A DNA stretch of 57,960 nt from Chiloscyllium plagiosum (Eukaryota). The position numbers were made by a program, and so were the translations under genes. Position 1 is the first letter of the stretch. Each line of letters opens with the position of its first letter. The stretch is taken from the NCBI RefSeq assembly GCF_004010195.1, contig NC_057720.1:8813294-8871253 (forward strand), in the 5' to 3' direction. This document shows positions 23,495 through 36,904 of this stretch, piece after piece. A model generated the notes under the pieces. The model worked only from the letters and a program-made list of their open reading frames with translations. It was not told where the DNA came from and searched no databases.

Positions 23495-24365
23495 TAGAAT
23501 CATTGAAGATCACAGCATAGCTAAAGGCCTTTCAGCCCATCTAGTCTGAACCAGAGAAAAACAAGCACATAACTATTCTCATCCCAATCTCCAGCACCTG
23601 GCCTATCGCCTTGTATGCTTTGGCATCACTAGTGCACATCTACATACTTCTTCAATGTGATGAGGGTTTCTGCTTCTACCACCCCTACAGGCAGTGAGGC
23701 TCATATTCCATAGATTAGAATACCCTCAGTGTGGAAACAGGCCATTCAGCCCAACAAATCCAAAAGCATCCCACCCAGACTTACTCCCATACTCTATCCC
23801 TGTTTTGCCCATGGCCAATCCACCCTACTTGCCACCACCTTCTGGGTGGGGAAACCTTTCCTCACCCTTGGGGCGGCACTGTGGCTCAGTGGTTAGCACT
23901 ACTGCCTCACAGCACCAGCGTCCCAGGTTGGATTCCAGCCTTGGGTAACTGTGTGGAGTTTGCGCATTCTCCCCGTGTCTGCGTGGGTTTCCTCTGGGTG
24001 CTCTGGTTTCCTCCCACAGTCCAAAGGTGTGCAGGTCAGGTGAATTGCCAAATTGCCAAAATTTAGGTACGTTAGTCAGAGGGAAATAGGTCTGGGTGGA
24101 TTACTCTTCAGAAGGTCAGTCTAGACTTGTTGGGCTGAAGGGCCTGTTTCCACACTGTGGGGAATCTAATCACATCCCCTCCAAATCTTCTACCCCTTCC
24201 CTTCAATCTACACCGTCTGGTCATTGATCCCTCCATCAAGGGGAAAGGTTCCTTCCTGTCAAGTCTACTTATGCCCCTCATCATTTTATATATCTCAATC
24301 ATGTTCCTCCATCAATCTCCTCTGCTCCAGAGAAAATAACCCCAGTTTGTCCAATCCTTCTACAT
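23495..24365. mobile_element. CR1 3' end (-) interrupted by HE1 SINEs (~23712-23830 - partial; ~23871-24170 +)
   Basis: IEIYKMMRGISRLDRKEPFPL on minus; HE1 head GGGCGGCACTGTGGCTCAGTGG at 23871. Confidence 0.8.
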
Positions 24366-25119
24366 TGTTGGCACTGCCAGCTCTTGTTGCCCAAATTGCC
24401 AACTTGCTAGCTCAACCACATCAGAGAGGGCAGTTAAGATTCAAGCACACTGCTATGTCTCTGGAGTCACATGTAACTGAGACTGGATAAAGACAGCAGA
24501 CTCTCTTGTTTAAAGGACACTAGTGAGCCAGATGGGTTCTTACAATTGATGATAGCTGTCAGGGTCAATAGTAAGGAGACTAGCTTTACATTCCAGATTT
24601 AATCGCTAGAAGCTAAACTGCAAATTCGGATTCAAATCCACATACCTCAAGAATTGGATTGCCACGACAAAGCCAACACCTCTGTTCTGTAAACACAACA
24701 CACGGATAGAAACCGAACAGAACTCTGATGGAACTAGATTCTGTGTACATTTTGCAATAGCTGGACGTTCTGCCTCCTTCCTCAGTTCCCTGACCCACCC
24801 TGAGCCATCTCTATTCCCATGTTTAGGATCGCACTGTTTGAGACACCTACAGATGAAACACTTCTCAAGTGCCAAGATAATCAGACAAATTGTCTTTTTG
24901 AAACAGAAACATGAACAAAGGCTCATTAGCATCTCAACCCTCCACTTTAACTACAAAGAATGGATTCTGCTTTAAAAATCACCACGACAAGTAGACCTCT
25001 GGGCTCCTGAGCTGAGATGAGGAAGCACATTTTTACATGGCAAATTATTGCAGTATGGAACTTTTCAATGCGTACAATCAGATCGAGTGAAAACTTTCAA
25101 AAGAGAACTGGATAAATCA

Positions 25120-27025
25120 AGTCATAGAATCATACAGCATGGAAACAGACCTGTTGGCCCAAGTCAACCAAATCCACCAGATATCCCAATCTGACCTAGT
25201 CCCACTTGCCAACATTTGGCCCATATCCCTCTAAACCCTTCCTACTCATGTACCTATCAAATGCCTTTAAGTGTTGTAATTGTATCAGTCTCCACTACAC
25301 CCTCTGGCAACTCATTCCATCCGTTCACTAACCTCTGCAAGAAAAAGTTACCTCTCAGGTCCTTTTTAAATCTTTCTCCTCTCACCTAAAACTTATGCCC
25401 TTGAGTTTTGGATTCCTCTACCCTGCGAAAAAGACCTGAGCTATTGTACCTATCCATGCCCCTCATGATGTTATAAACCTCTACAAGGTCACCCCTCAAC
25501 CTCCAGGAAAAAAGCCCCAGTCAATTCAGCCTCTCCTTATTAATCAAACTGTCCAGTCCCAGCACCATCTTGTAAATCTTTCCAGTACTCTCTCAAGATT
25601 TTGTTTTATTTATTCATTCATGGGATGAGGGCATTGCTGGCTAGGCAGCATTTATTGCCCATCCCTAATTGCTCAGAGGTTAGTTAAGAATCAACCACAT
25701 TGCTTTGGATCAGGAGTCACATGTAAACCAGATCAGATAAGGATGAAAGATTTCCTCCCATAAAGTACATTAGTGCACTAAATGAGTTTTTACAACAATC
25801 GACAATGGTTTTATGGTCATCATTAGACTCTTAATTCCAGATTCTTTATTGAATTTAAATTCAACTATCTGCCGTGGTGGGATTTGAACACGGGTCCTCA
25901 GAGCATTAGCTGAGTTTCTGGATTAATAGTTTCGCAATAATATCACTAAACCATTGCATCCGCTTCATCATTGTTCTTACAGAAAGGCAACCTGAATTGC
26001 ACACATTATTCTAATAGTGATCTCACTAATGTCCTGCGTAGCGACAACATGATATCTCAACTCCTCTACTCAATGTTCTGACCAATGAAGGTAAGCATGA
26101 CAAATCTCTTCTTTGCCACCTGTCTACCTATGACTTCACCTTCAAGGAACTATGGTCAAGGAACTACCTGCACCCCTAGGTCCCTTTGTTCAGCAAAGCA
26201 ACACTCCCCAGGGCCCTACCATTGATTGTATAAGTACACCAACTAGCCACCAAAATACAAGACCCACCAAAAGACAAGTTTCCATACACACATATAGACA
26301 AAAACGGACACCACTTTGACTGGGACAACACACACATCCGAGTGAAAACAAAGGTGAAATAAAGATAAAACAAAGATATGCACAAGAATTCTTAGAATTT
26401 TGGCATTCTAACCAGGACTCCAACAATAAACAAACCAACTTAGATCCTATCCTCCTAACCTTGAAAAAAAAACTGGAAATGACATCACCCACCTGAAGAA
26501 ACCAAGACTTATAAACAGAGAGGCAGGACATACTACCAGCACTTCACCAGAAACTCTCACTGTTGATGTTACCGAGTATGGTGACGCAAAGTCTGAAAAC
26601 AAACCTTCCAGCTCAGCAAACTAACTTACATACTTATCATCAACCTGAGCTACAAATCTTCTCAAAAATTGCTGTATAAATTCTGCCCTGATTTGCCTTA
26701 ACAAAATGCAACACTTCACATTGGTCTAGGTTAAACTCCAACTGCCATGCCTCTACCCATTGACCCATCTAATGCCATTGAACTCTAAGATAATCTTCTT
26801 CACTGTTGACTACATCACCAAATTCAGTGTCATCTGCAAACTTAATAACCACACCTCCAATATTCACATTCAAATCATTGATATAAATGACGGAAAGCAG
26901 TGGACCCATGCCTTGGTATGACCAAATGGAGATAACTTTTATGCAATCCTTGCTGCATACTGCTTATCACAGGCCTCTAGTCTCAAAGCAACCTTCGACC
27001 ACCACCCTCTGTCTCCTACCTTCAA
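25120..27025 (-). mobile_element. CR1 LINE (RT to 3' end) interrupted by SINE2 (25605-25960) and PLE-D (26236-26672)
   Basis: Minus strand YINDL..IKFADDTE motif near 26830-26890 and CR1 tail. Confidence 0.85.
26236..26672 (+). mobile_element. PLE family D 3' fragment: GIY-YIG C-terminus plus terminal repeat with degenerate HHR
   Basis: DKNGHHFDWDNTHI..KQRYAQEFLEFWHSNQDSNNKQTNLDPI; CTGTTGATGTTACC..GGTGACGCAAAGTC (~26560-26594); probable TSD TGTATAA(G/A)T at 26227-26235 and 26673-26681. Confidence 0.8.
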
Positions 27026-27967
27026 TACTTGAAGCAAAATGTTTATAAAATTGTGGAGTAGGAGCAGGAGAATGAGACTAATTGGATCGTGCTACTAAAG
27101 AGCTGGCAGAGGAAGGATAAGCTGAATGGCCTCCATCTCTGGGGTATTGTTGGACTACAGTAAGATTCTAATGATTCAGTGAGAGGTGAGTTAGAATTTT
27201 ACATTTTAGCTTTTTCTTTTCTCTCTCATGGTTCAGGGCCAAATGAAACGTCATCTGGATTATTGGGAGCAATGCCATTTCACACTTTGGCTTCTGTCTT
27301 AAACTCGCTGATCCCTCACAGATCATCCAACTGTCCTATTTCTGAAGCTATCTGATACCTCTGTTATCATCGCAGTGGGTCATAGGGGAGGCTGCGTCCT
27401 TGAGGAGGATCAATGGAGACTGCTGGACGCTAGGCTGTCAGAGAGTTTATCTCTCATTCTTTTAACTATTTATAAGGTAAAGCTCAGCACCAGACTGAAC
27501 ACTGAAGTATCCCTCACTACAGCCTGTTGTCAAATGATCTTTTACATTACTCATGATGCAGATTGACAAAAGCATATTTAGTATTAACCCTTAACACCGC
27601 ATTTCCCCTAGGTCTCTAGTTGCATACATTATTTACACTATCCTCCAATATCAGACTCACAGACTGTGCTGAGCACATTGTGTCTCTTGTTAATGTTATA
27701 AAATGATCATTACAGCTTTCTACCAGCTATTTTACATGACCAAGGTTATAGATTTAACATGCAAGCTTTGAGGCAATTGAAATGTCACCTCAAGCATTCA
27801 GAAAAATAGAATTAGTTTAAGTACATACTGATGGAATAATGAAAACTCTTCACTAAATATTATTCATAGAATAATTTACTTTTTTAACCTGCAAACTACC
27901 CAACATTGAATTGACTATTAAAAATAATATTAGCTTAGATACAGTGGTCTGATAACATGCATTGAAA

Positions 27968-28052
27968 ATACATCTTCTGGATGTAGGTTTGCTCACTGAG
28001 CTGGAAGGTTCATTTTCAGATGTTTCATCAACATACAAGGTAACAACTTCAA
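27968..28052 (-). mobile_element. PLE family D terminal-repeat remnant
   Basis: Inverse of the 26560-26665 repeat (GAAACATCTGAAAATGAACCTTCCAGCTCAG). Confidence 0.65.
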
Positions 28053-28444
28053 AATACATCTTGTTGGAAAGATCCACGATCTTCTTGCAGTTTTTGATCA
28101 CTTTTCCTTTGAGCAACTGTGGGAAAGGAGAGAAATCTTTACCATGAGGCACCACAAAAGAAAATGGATTGGAATATAAGAATGATAGAAGCATGGAATG
28201 TTACCATTCGGCTAACCATGTCTGTACTAGCTCATGAAAGAGCTACCCAGCTAGTCTCATTCTCCAGCCCTATCTCCATATCCCTCGAAATCCATCACCC
28301 TCAATTATATACCCACCTCTCTCCTATGGAATCTGCCTCTACAAGTCTTCCAAATAGCACATTCCAAATCACAACAACCCTCTGAGTAAAGAAGTTTCTC
28401 CTCATCTCACTTCCAGTCCTCTTGCTAACAATCTTGAAATTATA

Positions 28445-28690
28445 ATTCCCGCCTCAGGCGACTGACTGTGTGGAGTTTGCGTGTTCTCCCCGTGTCTGCG
28501 TGGGTTTCCTCCGGGTGCTCCAGTTTCCTCCCACAGTCCAAAGATGTGCAGGGTCAGGTGAATTGGCCATGCTAAATTGCCCGTAGTGTTAGGTAAGGGG
28601 TAAATGTAGGGGTATGGGTGGGTTGCGCTTCGGCGGGTCGGTGTGGACTTGTTGGGCCGAAGGGCCTGTTTCCACACTGTAATGTAATCT
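28445..28690 (+). mobile_element. Young HE1-type SINE (5'-truncated) inside a decayed CR1 (-, ~28180-28920)
   Basis: Near-consensus V-domain and tail. Confidence 0.88.
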
Positions 28691-30479
28691 GTAATAATCC
28701 CCCATTATTGACATATCAATAAGTGAAAACAGAATATCCTTCTTAACTCTGTCAGAATTGTTCATAATTTCAAACAGCTTTATAAGGTCACCATTTAATC
28801 ATTTTTTACTTGAAGCAGAATAAACTTAATTTCCCAATTTTTATATCTAAGACATTTGATTCCTGGTATCATTCCAGTAAATCTCCTTTGCACTCTCCCC
28901 AAGTTTTAAACAACTATCACACCTAACATAAGACATAGGTGCAGAAATTAGGCCATTCAGCCCATCGAAGCTGCTTCGTCATTCAATCATGGCCGATGTT
29001 TCTCAACCCAACTCTCCCATTTTCTCCCCATAACCCTTGATCCCCTTGACACTCAGGAACCTATCTATCTCTGTCTTAAATGTACGCAATGACCTGTCCT
29101 CCACGGCCTTCTGCGACAATATCCTTAAATAAAGGGCCCATATCTGAACACAATACCCCACATTAGAGTATGAGACTGGGCTGCCTGAGATAGTGGTGGA
29201 AATAAGTACAATTTCATTATTTAAGAAAGATTCGGACAGATACATGTCTGAGATAGGTATGGAGGAATATGAACCAAACACAAGCAAATGGGAGAGCTTA
29301 ATTGTGAAAACTTGGTGACAGGGACAAGTTGGGCCGAAGGACCTGTTTCCATGCTGTAAATCTCGATGACTGTAAATATTGTCTGACCAATCATTCATAG
29401 ATACACAGCATCACTTCCTTGCTTTAAAACTCTGACAATCTTGAATTGCTTTATAAAGAAGTCTTACTGAGAAGATATCATGCCTTGGTATGACCACATG
29501 GAAAGAACTGATATGCAATGTTTGTCTGCTTAGCTAAGGATAGAATATATTGTTAGGGCCTGCAGGCGATGTTCACTGAACTGATTCTTGGGGAGAGTTA
29601 AGGTGACTCAGTAAAGTCATATATTGCAGGTCTGAACCAACCTATTTATACTAAACCTGTAATTATATATTTTTGAACATTCAAAGGGATGAAAATTGAA
29701 CAGAAAGGTAAAATTTTAAGAAACTTGACAGGGTACATGGCAAGAGAAATTTTTTAACTAGCTAGAAAGTCTCGAGTTAAGTGTCATAGAATTGGAATGA
29801 GGATTTGACACATTATAGCCTTCAGGAATGAACCTTGAGTCAACAACTTGAATGTTAATCATGTACACTGTCATCCATTGTGATTATACCTCCCTCATTC
29901 CACCCCATGTCTTGTTTGCATGTCTTTGCTCTTAGCGATTATGATCTATTTTCAACTATTCATACCTATTGTTAACACCTATTTTGCATCTCAGTTGTTC
30001 CTTTATAAACATTAGCCTTTGTCGTCTGCTCCAGGAACATTCACCATCTGTTCCATTCACTCCTGGATCTCTTTGCCAACAACATAAAAACCATCATTTT
30101 CCAGCCTTCATCAATACCAAAGATGAGTATTTTTTTTCCCTGTGTTTGTATCACCAGAATTTTGGTTGCAATACAATGTGACTTGTTGCAAAAATAAATG
30201 GATCTTAGTGTGTTAATGTTTCAGTTTTTGTTTCTGATTTACAGTATTCGTAGTTCTTTCAGTTTTTACTGTATGTGTTAATGTTCGTGTTATATTCACG
30301 CCACCCATGTTACTGATATCACACACAATCTGTGGGTGGATATAAGGTGGTCAATTCTAGCTTTCAAAGGGAGCAATTGTATCAGTACCAGCTCCCCAAG
30401 GTGCTAGTAATTAAACCTGACAAAATATATGCCATGATGTGGCATGATGTGGTGAGACTTTTGGCATGTGACTCTTATA

Positions 30480-30910
30480 CAATCATGTTATTTCATGCAC
30501 TTGTTTTTTTTCTCCAGCATCAGTTTATTTTTAATTCTTTGTAATTATCCCTCTGCCTCGGTTATCCCCTGCACTTACTGTTCAGCTGTTGACACTTTAC
30601 TCACACCATCTGACACCCTTGATCACCTGCAGAGACTTACTATTCGATACTCCACTCATTCCATTCGTATGACCTTTTGATCTCTCTGCCCACACTGATC
30701 TGTCTGCCTATAAATTCTGTGCTTGTGTGTTTTCCTTCGCTTCACCTGATGAAGAGGCAGTGGTCTGAAAGCTTGCGATTTCAAAGAAACCTGTTGGACT
30801 ACAACCTGGTGTCATGTGACTTCACCTGATGAAGAGGCAGTGGTCTGAAAGCTTGTGATTTCAAAGAAACCTGTTGGACTACAACCTGGTGTCATGTGAC
30901 TTCTGACCCT
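30480..30910 (+). mobile_element. PLE family B 3'UTR plus tandemly duplicated 80-bp HHR-bearing terminal repeat
   Basis: UTR similar to 14620-14810; units at 30741-30820 and 30821-30900. Confidence 0.8.
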
Positions 30911-31129
30911 GACAAAATACAGGCGTACTTATTGCTATTTCATAGTAAACCTTCGTGTTAGCTAAAGGACAGAGCCTCTTCTGTAAATGTTTCCTTTATC
31001 ACTTATCACGAGCTATGCACAAGGCAAAGGAAATACATATGAGGATTGACGGCAACAAATGGTGTCAAATAACCTTTGCCCAGAACTACATACTGGTAGA
31101 GGTGGCAAATACCACAAGATTCAGTAGTC

Positions 31130-31655
31130 ACGTCAAAAACTATCTTTACTTAAATCATTAATAAACATCGTAAATAGCCGAGACCCCAGCACTGATCCCT
31201 GTGGTACTCCCCTAGTTACAGCTTGCCTTCCTGTAAACGATCCTCTCACTCTTCCTTCCCCCTTTAGCCAATTTCCTAAGATGGTCAAAAGGTTTGTATT
31301 TGCTGCCATTAGCTGCAGCTTACATTGGAAGAAGAGTAGGCCATTCAGCCCCTTGAGTCTGCTCTGCCATTCAAAGAGATCATGGCCGATCTCCACATAC
31401 CTGCCTTTAACCTATATCCATTAATATCTTTGCTTAACAAACAAAATCTGTCTCCGAATTAAAATTAATAACTTGAAATTAATAACAGCTTTAGACAACA
31501 GTCTCTTAGTAGTGTCTTTAGCAAATCCTTTCTGGAAATGCATATGCACAAAATCCATATACATCCAAAGGTCACTGGACATGAAATGTTCACTCTGCTT
31601 TCTTTCCACAGATGCTTCCAGACCTGCTGAGTTTCTCCAGTAACTTCTGTTTCCG
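31130..31655. mobile_element. CR1 RT fragments (-) and a family C PLE terminal remnant (+, ~31568-31652)
   Basis: GVPQGSVLGSRLFTMFINDL on minus; AAGGTCACTGGACATGAAATGTTCACTCTG. Confidence 0.7.
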
Positions 31656-31664
31656 ATTCATATG

Positions 31665-31965
31665 GCTGAGTGGCTCAGTGGTTAGCTCTGCTGCCTCACA
31701 GCACCAGGGACCTGGGTTTGATTCCTGTCTCAGGCAACTGTGTGGAGTTTGCATATTCTCCCTGTGTCTGTGTGAGTTTCCTCTGGAGCTCCGGTTTCCT
31801 CTCACAATCCAAAGATGTGCAGGTCAGGTGAATTGACCATGCTAAATTTCCCCATAGTATTAGGTGCATTAGTCAGGAGTAAATATAGGGTAAGGGAATG
31901 GGTCTGAGTGGGTTACTCTTCGGAGGGTCGGTGTGAACTTGTCAGGCCAAATGTAGGGAATCTAG
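31665..31965 (+). mobile_element. HE1-type V-SINE
   Basis: Box A TGGCTCAGTGG, box B GGTTTGATTCC, V-domain. Confidence 0.85.
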
Positions 31966-32624
31966 TCCAGGCCCACTTTTTGAGTTGGTTTTCAATAATA
32001 TAAGTCAGATACAACCTGCTTTTCTGAAATCCATTCTGGGTTTCCCTCATCAGCTGATAATTTTCAAGTTGTTCAGTCACTCTGCCACTGAGATGGTGAT
32101 ATCAACCCTCTGCATTCATAAGGTGTGTAATTTGGAGGCCTATTGGTGCAATGAACATTGATTACTGCTGCACAGTGACTCTTCTTTTCAATGACAGCCT
32201 CTGGTTCACAGCATCTGTATCCACCTGAGCAGAACGTAGAGAGAGCTGCACCTTCAACGTAAATTCTGTGATGCTGGGCACTGCCTCCACCATCTGCTCC
32301 TGCTGACTTGGTGAAGTGTGAGCCAGCAGGTGGGAACACAATTACTCACTGTCTAGTCACAATGAAGTGTGAGCAGCTGAGCCCACGCCAACTCTGAATG
32401 AAACCTGGGATAGATCACCCTCAAAATGGTTCAGTGCCTCTGAGGAATCATTGTCAATGATCTCTGCTGTGAGTGGAAATGCCTTGTCAGAGATGAAAGA
32501 TAACAATTAGCCCTGGCAAGCTAAGATTGCGCAAGCTGTAATTAAGCAGTTCATAATTCGTTCACTTTTGAAATATCGTCAACAGAACTGAATGCCATAA
32601 GTTATGTTTGTAGCTTACATCTAA

Positions 32625-32945
32625 TTGGAGGCAATGGACTAATGATATAATTGCTTGACTATTAATCTAGAGACCTCTGTAATGTTCTGGTGACCTGGGT
32701 TCAAATCCCACCACAGTAGGTAATGGAATTTGAATTCAGTAAAAATCTGAAATTAAGAGTCCAATGATGAACATGAAAGGATTGCTGGAAAATTCCATCT
32801 GGTTCAATGATGCTCAATAAAAAAAGAAATTGCCTTGTCTGTCCTACTAACATGTGATTCCTGATCCACAGCAATGTGATTGACCAGTAACTATCCTTTG
32901 GACAATAAATGCTGACCTAGGTATAGATGCCCACAGTTTTTTTTA
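32625..32945 (+). mobile_element. SINE family 2, decayed
   Basis: GGGTTCAAATCCCACCA..GAATTTGAATTC..CAGCAATGTG..CAATAAATGCTGACCTAG. Confidence 0.7.
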
Positions 32946-33327
32946 AAGAAAATATCACTATTGGCCTACTCCCTCTGCCACCATCTAAGCCTTTATGGCC
33001 ACTTTGTTTGTTTAATTGCTCATCCATCTCTAGTTGACGCCATTGAAGCTATTGAGGTCCCCACAGCTGAGAATGTTGTGGAGGCAGTGAAGGGAGAGAG
33101 AGAAGAAGATAAAGACTTGCCTCCTGATGTCTTCCTCGGCCAACTTCTGAAATCTCTTACTTTCAGGGGGCTGGTGAAGACCAGCCTGGTGAGTGGGAGT
33201 GGTGAATGGATGTAGAGTTCTATGGAAGGAAATTGTTCTATGGACAGACATAGCTGCAAAGTTCATGGGTGCGAGGAATGAAGTTCTGGACTGGGAAGGA
33301 AAAGAGTGTTCCGCATTTATATAAACT

Positions 33328-33411
33328 CAGAGAAAATCAGCAGGTCTGACAGCATCTGTGGAGAGAGAAACAATTAATGTTTCGAGTCCAGTATGACTCT
33401 CCTTCAGAACT
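33328..33411 (-). mobile_element. PLE family C terminal repeat with HHR
   Basis: Minus strand AGTT-CTGAAGGA-GAGTC-ATACTG-GACTC-GAAA-CATTAA. Confidence 0.7.
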
Positions 33412-34229
33412 GCCTTGCATTTGTACAACACTTTTCATGACCACAATATGATCCAAAGTATTTCACAGGCATTGGAGTGATTTTGAAGTGCGGTATCTGT
33501 TGTAATGTAAAGCATACACTGAGTGAGGAGATAGGCTGAGATGCAGAGTAATGACTGCATTCATCATTGAAGTCATTTTTACACTGAGCTCATTTCTGCT
33601 ACTGACCTTTTTCCCAGACTCTGATGTTTTTTTGCTTTTCCCTCCCACTGTGCGTTCCTTCCTCATATTGATGTGGGTCAGTTTCCCTCCTGATCCTTCA
33701 CAATTCCTGTGGAGGCACAGTCACAAGATGCAGGGAAATGGGGCCAACCTTTGGGTTAGTAGAATTTATTGTGATCTCTTTCCTTTTTGACTCCAAACCC
33801 CTTTAACCTGAATATTTGGAGTGTCCCTTTCAACAACAATGTTGTGTGGTTCTGGTTGATTAAATTGGAAACATGGAAATAAGATCATATGATTTAGAAA
33901 GGCATTGACTGACACATTCCTCTTACTGCTGTGCTCAATGGAGTATATAAGTATATAAACTTCACACAGACAGTCTCCCAAGGGTGGAAGTGAACCTGTA
34001 TCCCTGACACTGTGAGGCCCTCTGAGCCACTCCAATTGATAGAATTTTGTGGGCTGAATGTGTGTTACTGCATGTATATTATAAATTCCACATTTAATCA
34101 ATTGGATTGAAAAACCTAAAGTGCAACACATTCAATGGATGGAAATTGTATTCTGTTGCATGTCCAATTTGAAATGGTTTGGAATGTATTTTAGATACTA
34201 TATGAATTAGTATGTTTTTGGAAGAAATT

Positions 34230-34476
34230 AGATTAGATTACATTAAAGTGTGGAAACAGGCCCTTCGGCCCAACAAGTCCACACCGACCCGCAATCCCAC
34301 CCTGACCTGCACACCTTTGGACTGTGGGAGTAAACCGGTGCACCCGGAGGAAACCCACGCAGACACGGGGAGAATGTGCAAACTCCACACAGTCATTCGC
34401 CAGAGGCGGGAATTGAACCCGGGTCTCTGGCGCTGTGAGGCAGCAGTGCTAACCACTGTGCCACCGTGCCGCCCAC
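34230..34476 (-). mobile_element. Young HE1-type SINE with internal deletion
   Basis: CpG-rich intact head GGGCGGCACGGTGGCACAGTGG..GGGTTCAATTCC. Confidence 0.9.
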
Positions 34477-34509
34477 CAATAAATCAGTGATGGTTTCCAG
34501 TCACAATTG

Positions 34510-35375
34510 TAGAGACAAATGGAGTTTAATTTGGATAAATGTGAGGTATTGCATTTTGGTAAAACAAACAAGGACTGGACTTCTACAATGAAGAGTAGGG
34601 TCTAGGGTAGTGATATTGAACAGGGAGACCCAGGTTCTTCGAGGTTTGTGTCAAAGTGGTAAAAAAGTCTGCCTTCATTGCTCAGACCTTTGAGTATAGG
34701 AGTTGGGATGCTGTTTTGAGATTGTACAGGATGTTGGTGAGGAGAAAGTGAGGTCTGCAGATGCTGGAGATCAAAGTTGAAACTTTATTGCTGGAACAGC
34801 ACAGCAGGTCAGGCAGCATCCAGGGAACAGGAGATTCGACTTTTCGGGCACAGGCCCTTCTTCAGGAAGTTGGTGAGGCCACTTTTGGAGTTCTGGTTGC
34901 CCTGTTATTGGAAGGATATTATTAAATTGAAGAGGGTTCAGAAAAGATTTACCAGGATGTTGCCAGGAATGGTGACTTTGAGTTACAAGGGCAGGCTGGA
35001 TAGGTTGGGACTTTTTTCACTGGAGCATAGGAGGTTGAGGGGTGACCTTATCATGGTTTATAAAATCATGTGGGATTTGGATAAGGTGAATGGCAAGTGT
35101 CTTTTCCCGAGAATGGGGGATTTCAAGACTAGGGGGCATATTTTGAAGGTGAGTGGAGAAAGATTTAGATAAGATCAAGAATGGTTCATGTATGAAGTGA
35201 ACTTCCAGAGGGCATGGTTACAACATTTAAAAGACATTTGGATCAGTCCATGAATAAGAAATATTTGGAGTTATATGGTCCCAGCGCAGGCAGGTGGGAC
35301 TACTTTAGTTTGGGATTATGGTCGGCATGGACTGGTTGGACTGAAGGGTCTGTTTCTGAGTTGTATAAGTACACT
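34510..35375 (+). mobile_element. CR1 LINE 3' part interrupted by PLE-A
   Basis: [43 protein letters not shown]. Confidence 0.88.
34743..34868 (-). mobile_element. PLE family A terminal repeat with HHR (34838-34865)
   Basis: Minus strand CTGAAGA-A-GGGC-CTGT-GCCC-GAAA-AG-TC; TSD CAGGA(T/A)GTTGGTGAGG at 34727-34742 and 34863-34878. Confidence 0.85.
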
Positions 35376-35634
35376 ATAAGAAGCTTTCAATTCAATTAAA
35401 CCAGCTGCCATAGTGAGTTCCTGTCTCAACTACCCTCCCAGGTAGAGCATTCCAGACCACACCCAAACCCCCAGAGAATTATCTAGGGCCTCTGAACGTC
35501 TACTCCATTTACATTACCATGATGCCATTGCCTTGTACTGTCTGCTACCGTTTATACTAATTCACTGCCTGGGCTACCTCCAAGTGAACAGGTTAACAAT
35601 TGTAGTGAAGTAAACCAAGCAGAATTTGCCATCA

Positions 35635-36390
35635 GCATGTTGAATGACAGGACAATAGGAATCTCAGATAAATAAAGGAATCCTGGAGTGCTTTTCCCCA
35701 AATCCCTGAAGGTGATAATGCAGGTTAATGAGTAGTTAAGAAGGCATCCAGGACACTTTCCTTTATCTGGTGTGGCAGGAGCTGATGAAGAGTGCAAGAC
35801 CATTCCTGATGAAGACTTGTGCTCAAAACATCAACTCTCCTGCTCCTCGGATGATGCCTGACTGGCTGTGCTTTTCCAGCACCACACTTTTTGACTCTGA
35901 TTTCCAGCATCTGCAGTCCTCACTCTCTCCTGTACAAAACTTTGGTCAGGCCACACTTGGAATATTGTGTGCAGTTCTGGTCACCACACCATAGGAAAGG
36001 TGTGATTGCACTGGAGGGGGTGTGGAAGAGATTCTGCCTGGAATTGAGCAATTTGCCTCTGAAGAGAGACTGGACAAGATTATGTTGTTTTCTTTAGAGG
36101 AAAGGAGGCCGAGTATGGCCCTGACCGAAGTGTATAAAATTGTGAGGGTCCTGGATAGGAATCAGCTGTTTCCTCTGAGATGAAGGGTGCATAGTTTCAA
36201 AGGTACATAGGTTTAGAGGGGATCTAAGGAAAGAATTTTCCATCCAAAAGGTAGTGGTGGTCTGGAATGCTCTACCTGGGAGGGTAGTTGAGACAGGAAA
36301 CCTCTATAACCTTGAAAAAGTACTAGGATGAGCACTTAAACTGTTATAACATTCAAGATTAAGGACCTAGTCTTGGAAAGTGGGGCTGAG
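35635..36390 (+). mobile_element. Decayed CR1 3' part containing a family A PLE terminal repeat (+, ~35801-35930)
   Basis: [55 protein letters not shown]. Confidence 0.8.
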
Positions 36391-36702
36391 TTTAGATTAG
36401 ATTAGATTCCCTACAGTGCAGAAACAGGCCCTTCGGCCCACCCTGACCCTCCAAAGTGTAACCCACCCAGACTCATTTCTCTGACGAATGCATCTTACAC
36501 TATGGGCAATTTAACTTGGCCAATTCACCTGACCTGCACATCTTTGGACAGTGGGAAGAAACCGGAGCACACAGTGGAAACCCAGGCAGACACTGGGAGA
36601 ATGTGCAAACTCCACACAGACAGACGCCCGAAGCCAGAACCGAACCCAGGTCCCTGGCGCTGAGAGGCAGCAGTGCTAACCACTGAGCCACTGTGCTGCC
36701 CC
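36390..36702 (-). mobile_element. HE1-type V-SINE, full length
   Basis: Head, V-domain and (TAATC)n tail on the minus strand. Confidence 0.88.
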
Positions 36703-36904
36703 ATTGTAGAGTGTTCTTTGTTAGTGCAGACTTGATAAGCTGAAGGGGCCACTTGTCTACTGTATGATTCCATGATTTTACATCAACCTAGAGTCTTAAT
36801 ACCAGTGACCAGAAGATATTGAAACCAATAGCAAAGACAGTTGTTGAGTTTGTTATGAAAACGAGATCTATTTTGATCTAAATTGCTCCAGTAATCATCC
36901 CAGC

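Noticed and set aside
12803..32599. Shared 13-mer ACTGAATGCCATA between two repeat-free islands
   Set aside because: 13-mer matches are expected by chance within 58 kb
32961..33266. Overlapping short ORFs on both strands as an exon or transposase remnant
   Set aside because: No recognisable motif or convincing splice pair
34400..34476. tRNA genes suggested by box A and box B motifs
   Set aside because: They are the tRNA-derived heads of SINEs, followed by the V-domain and a LINE-like tail
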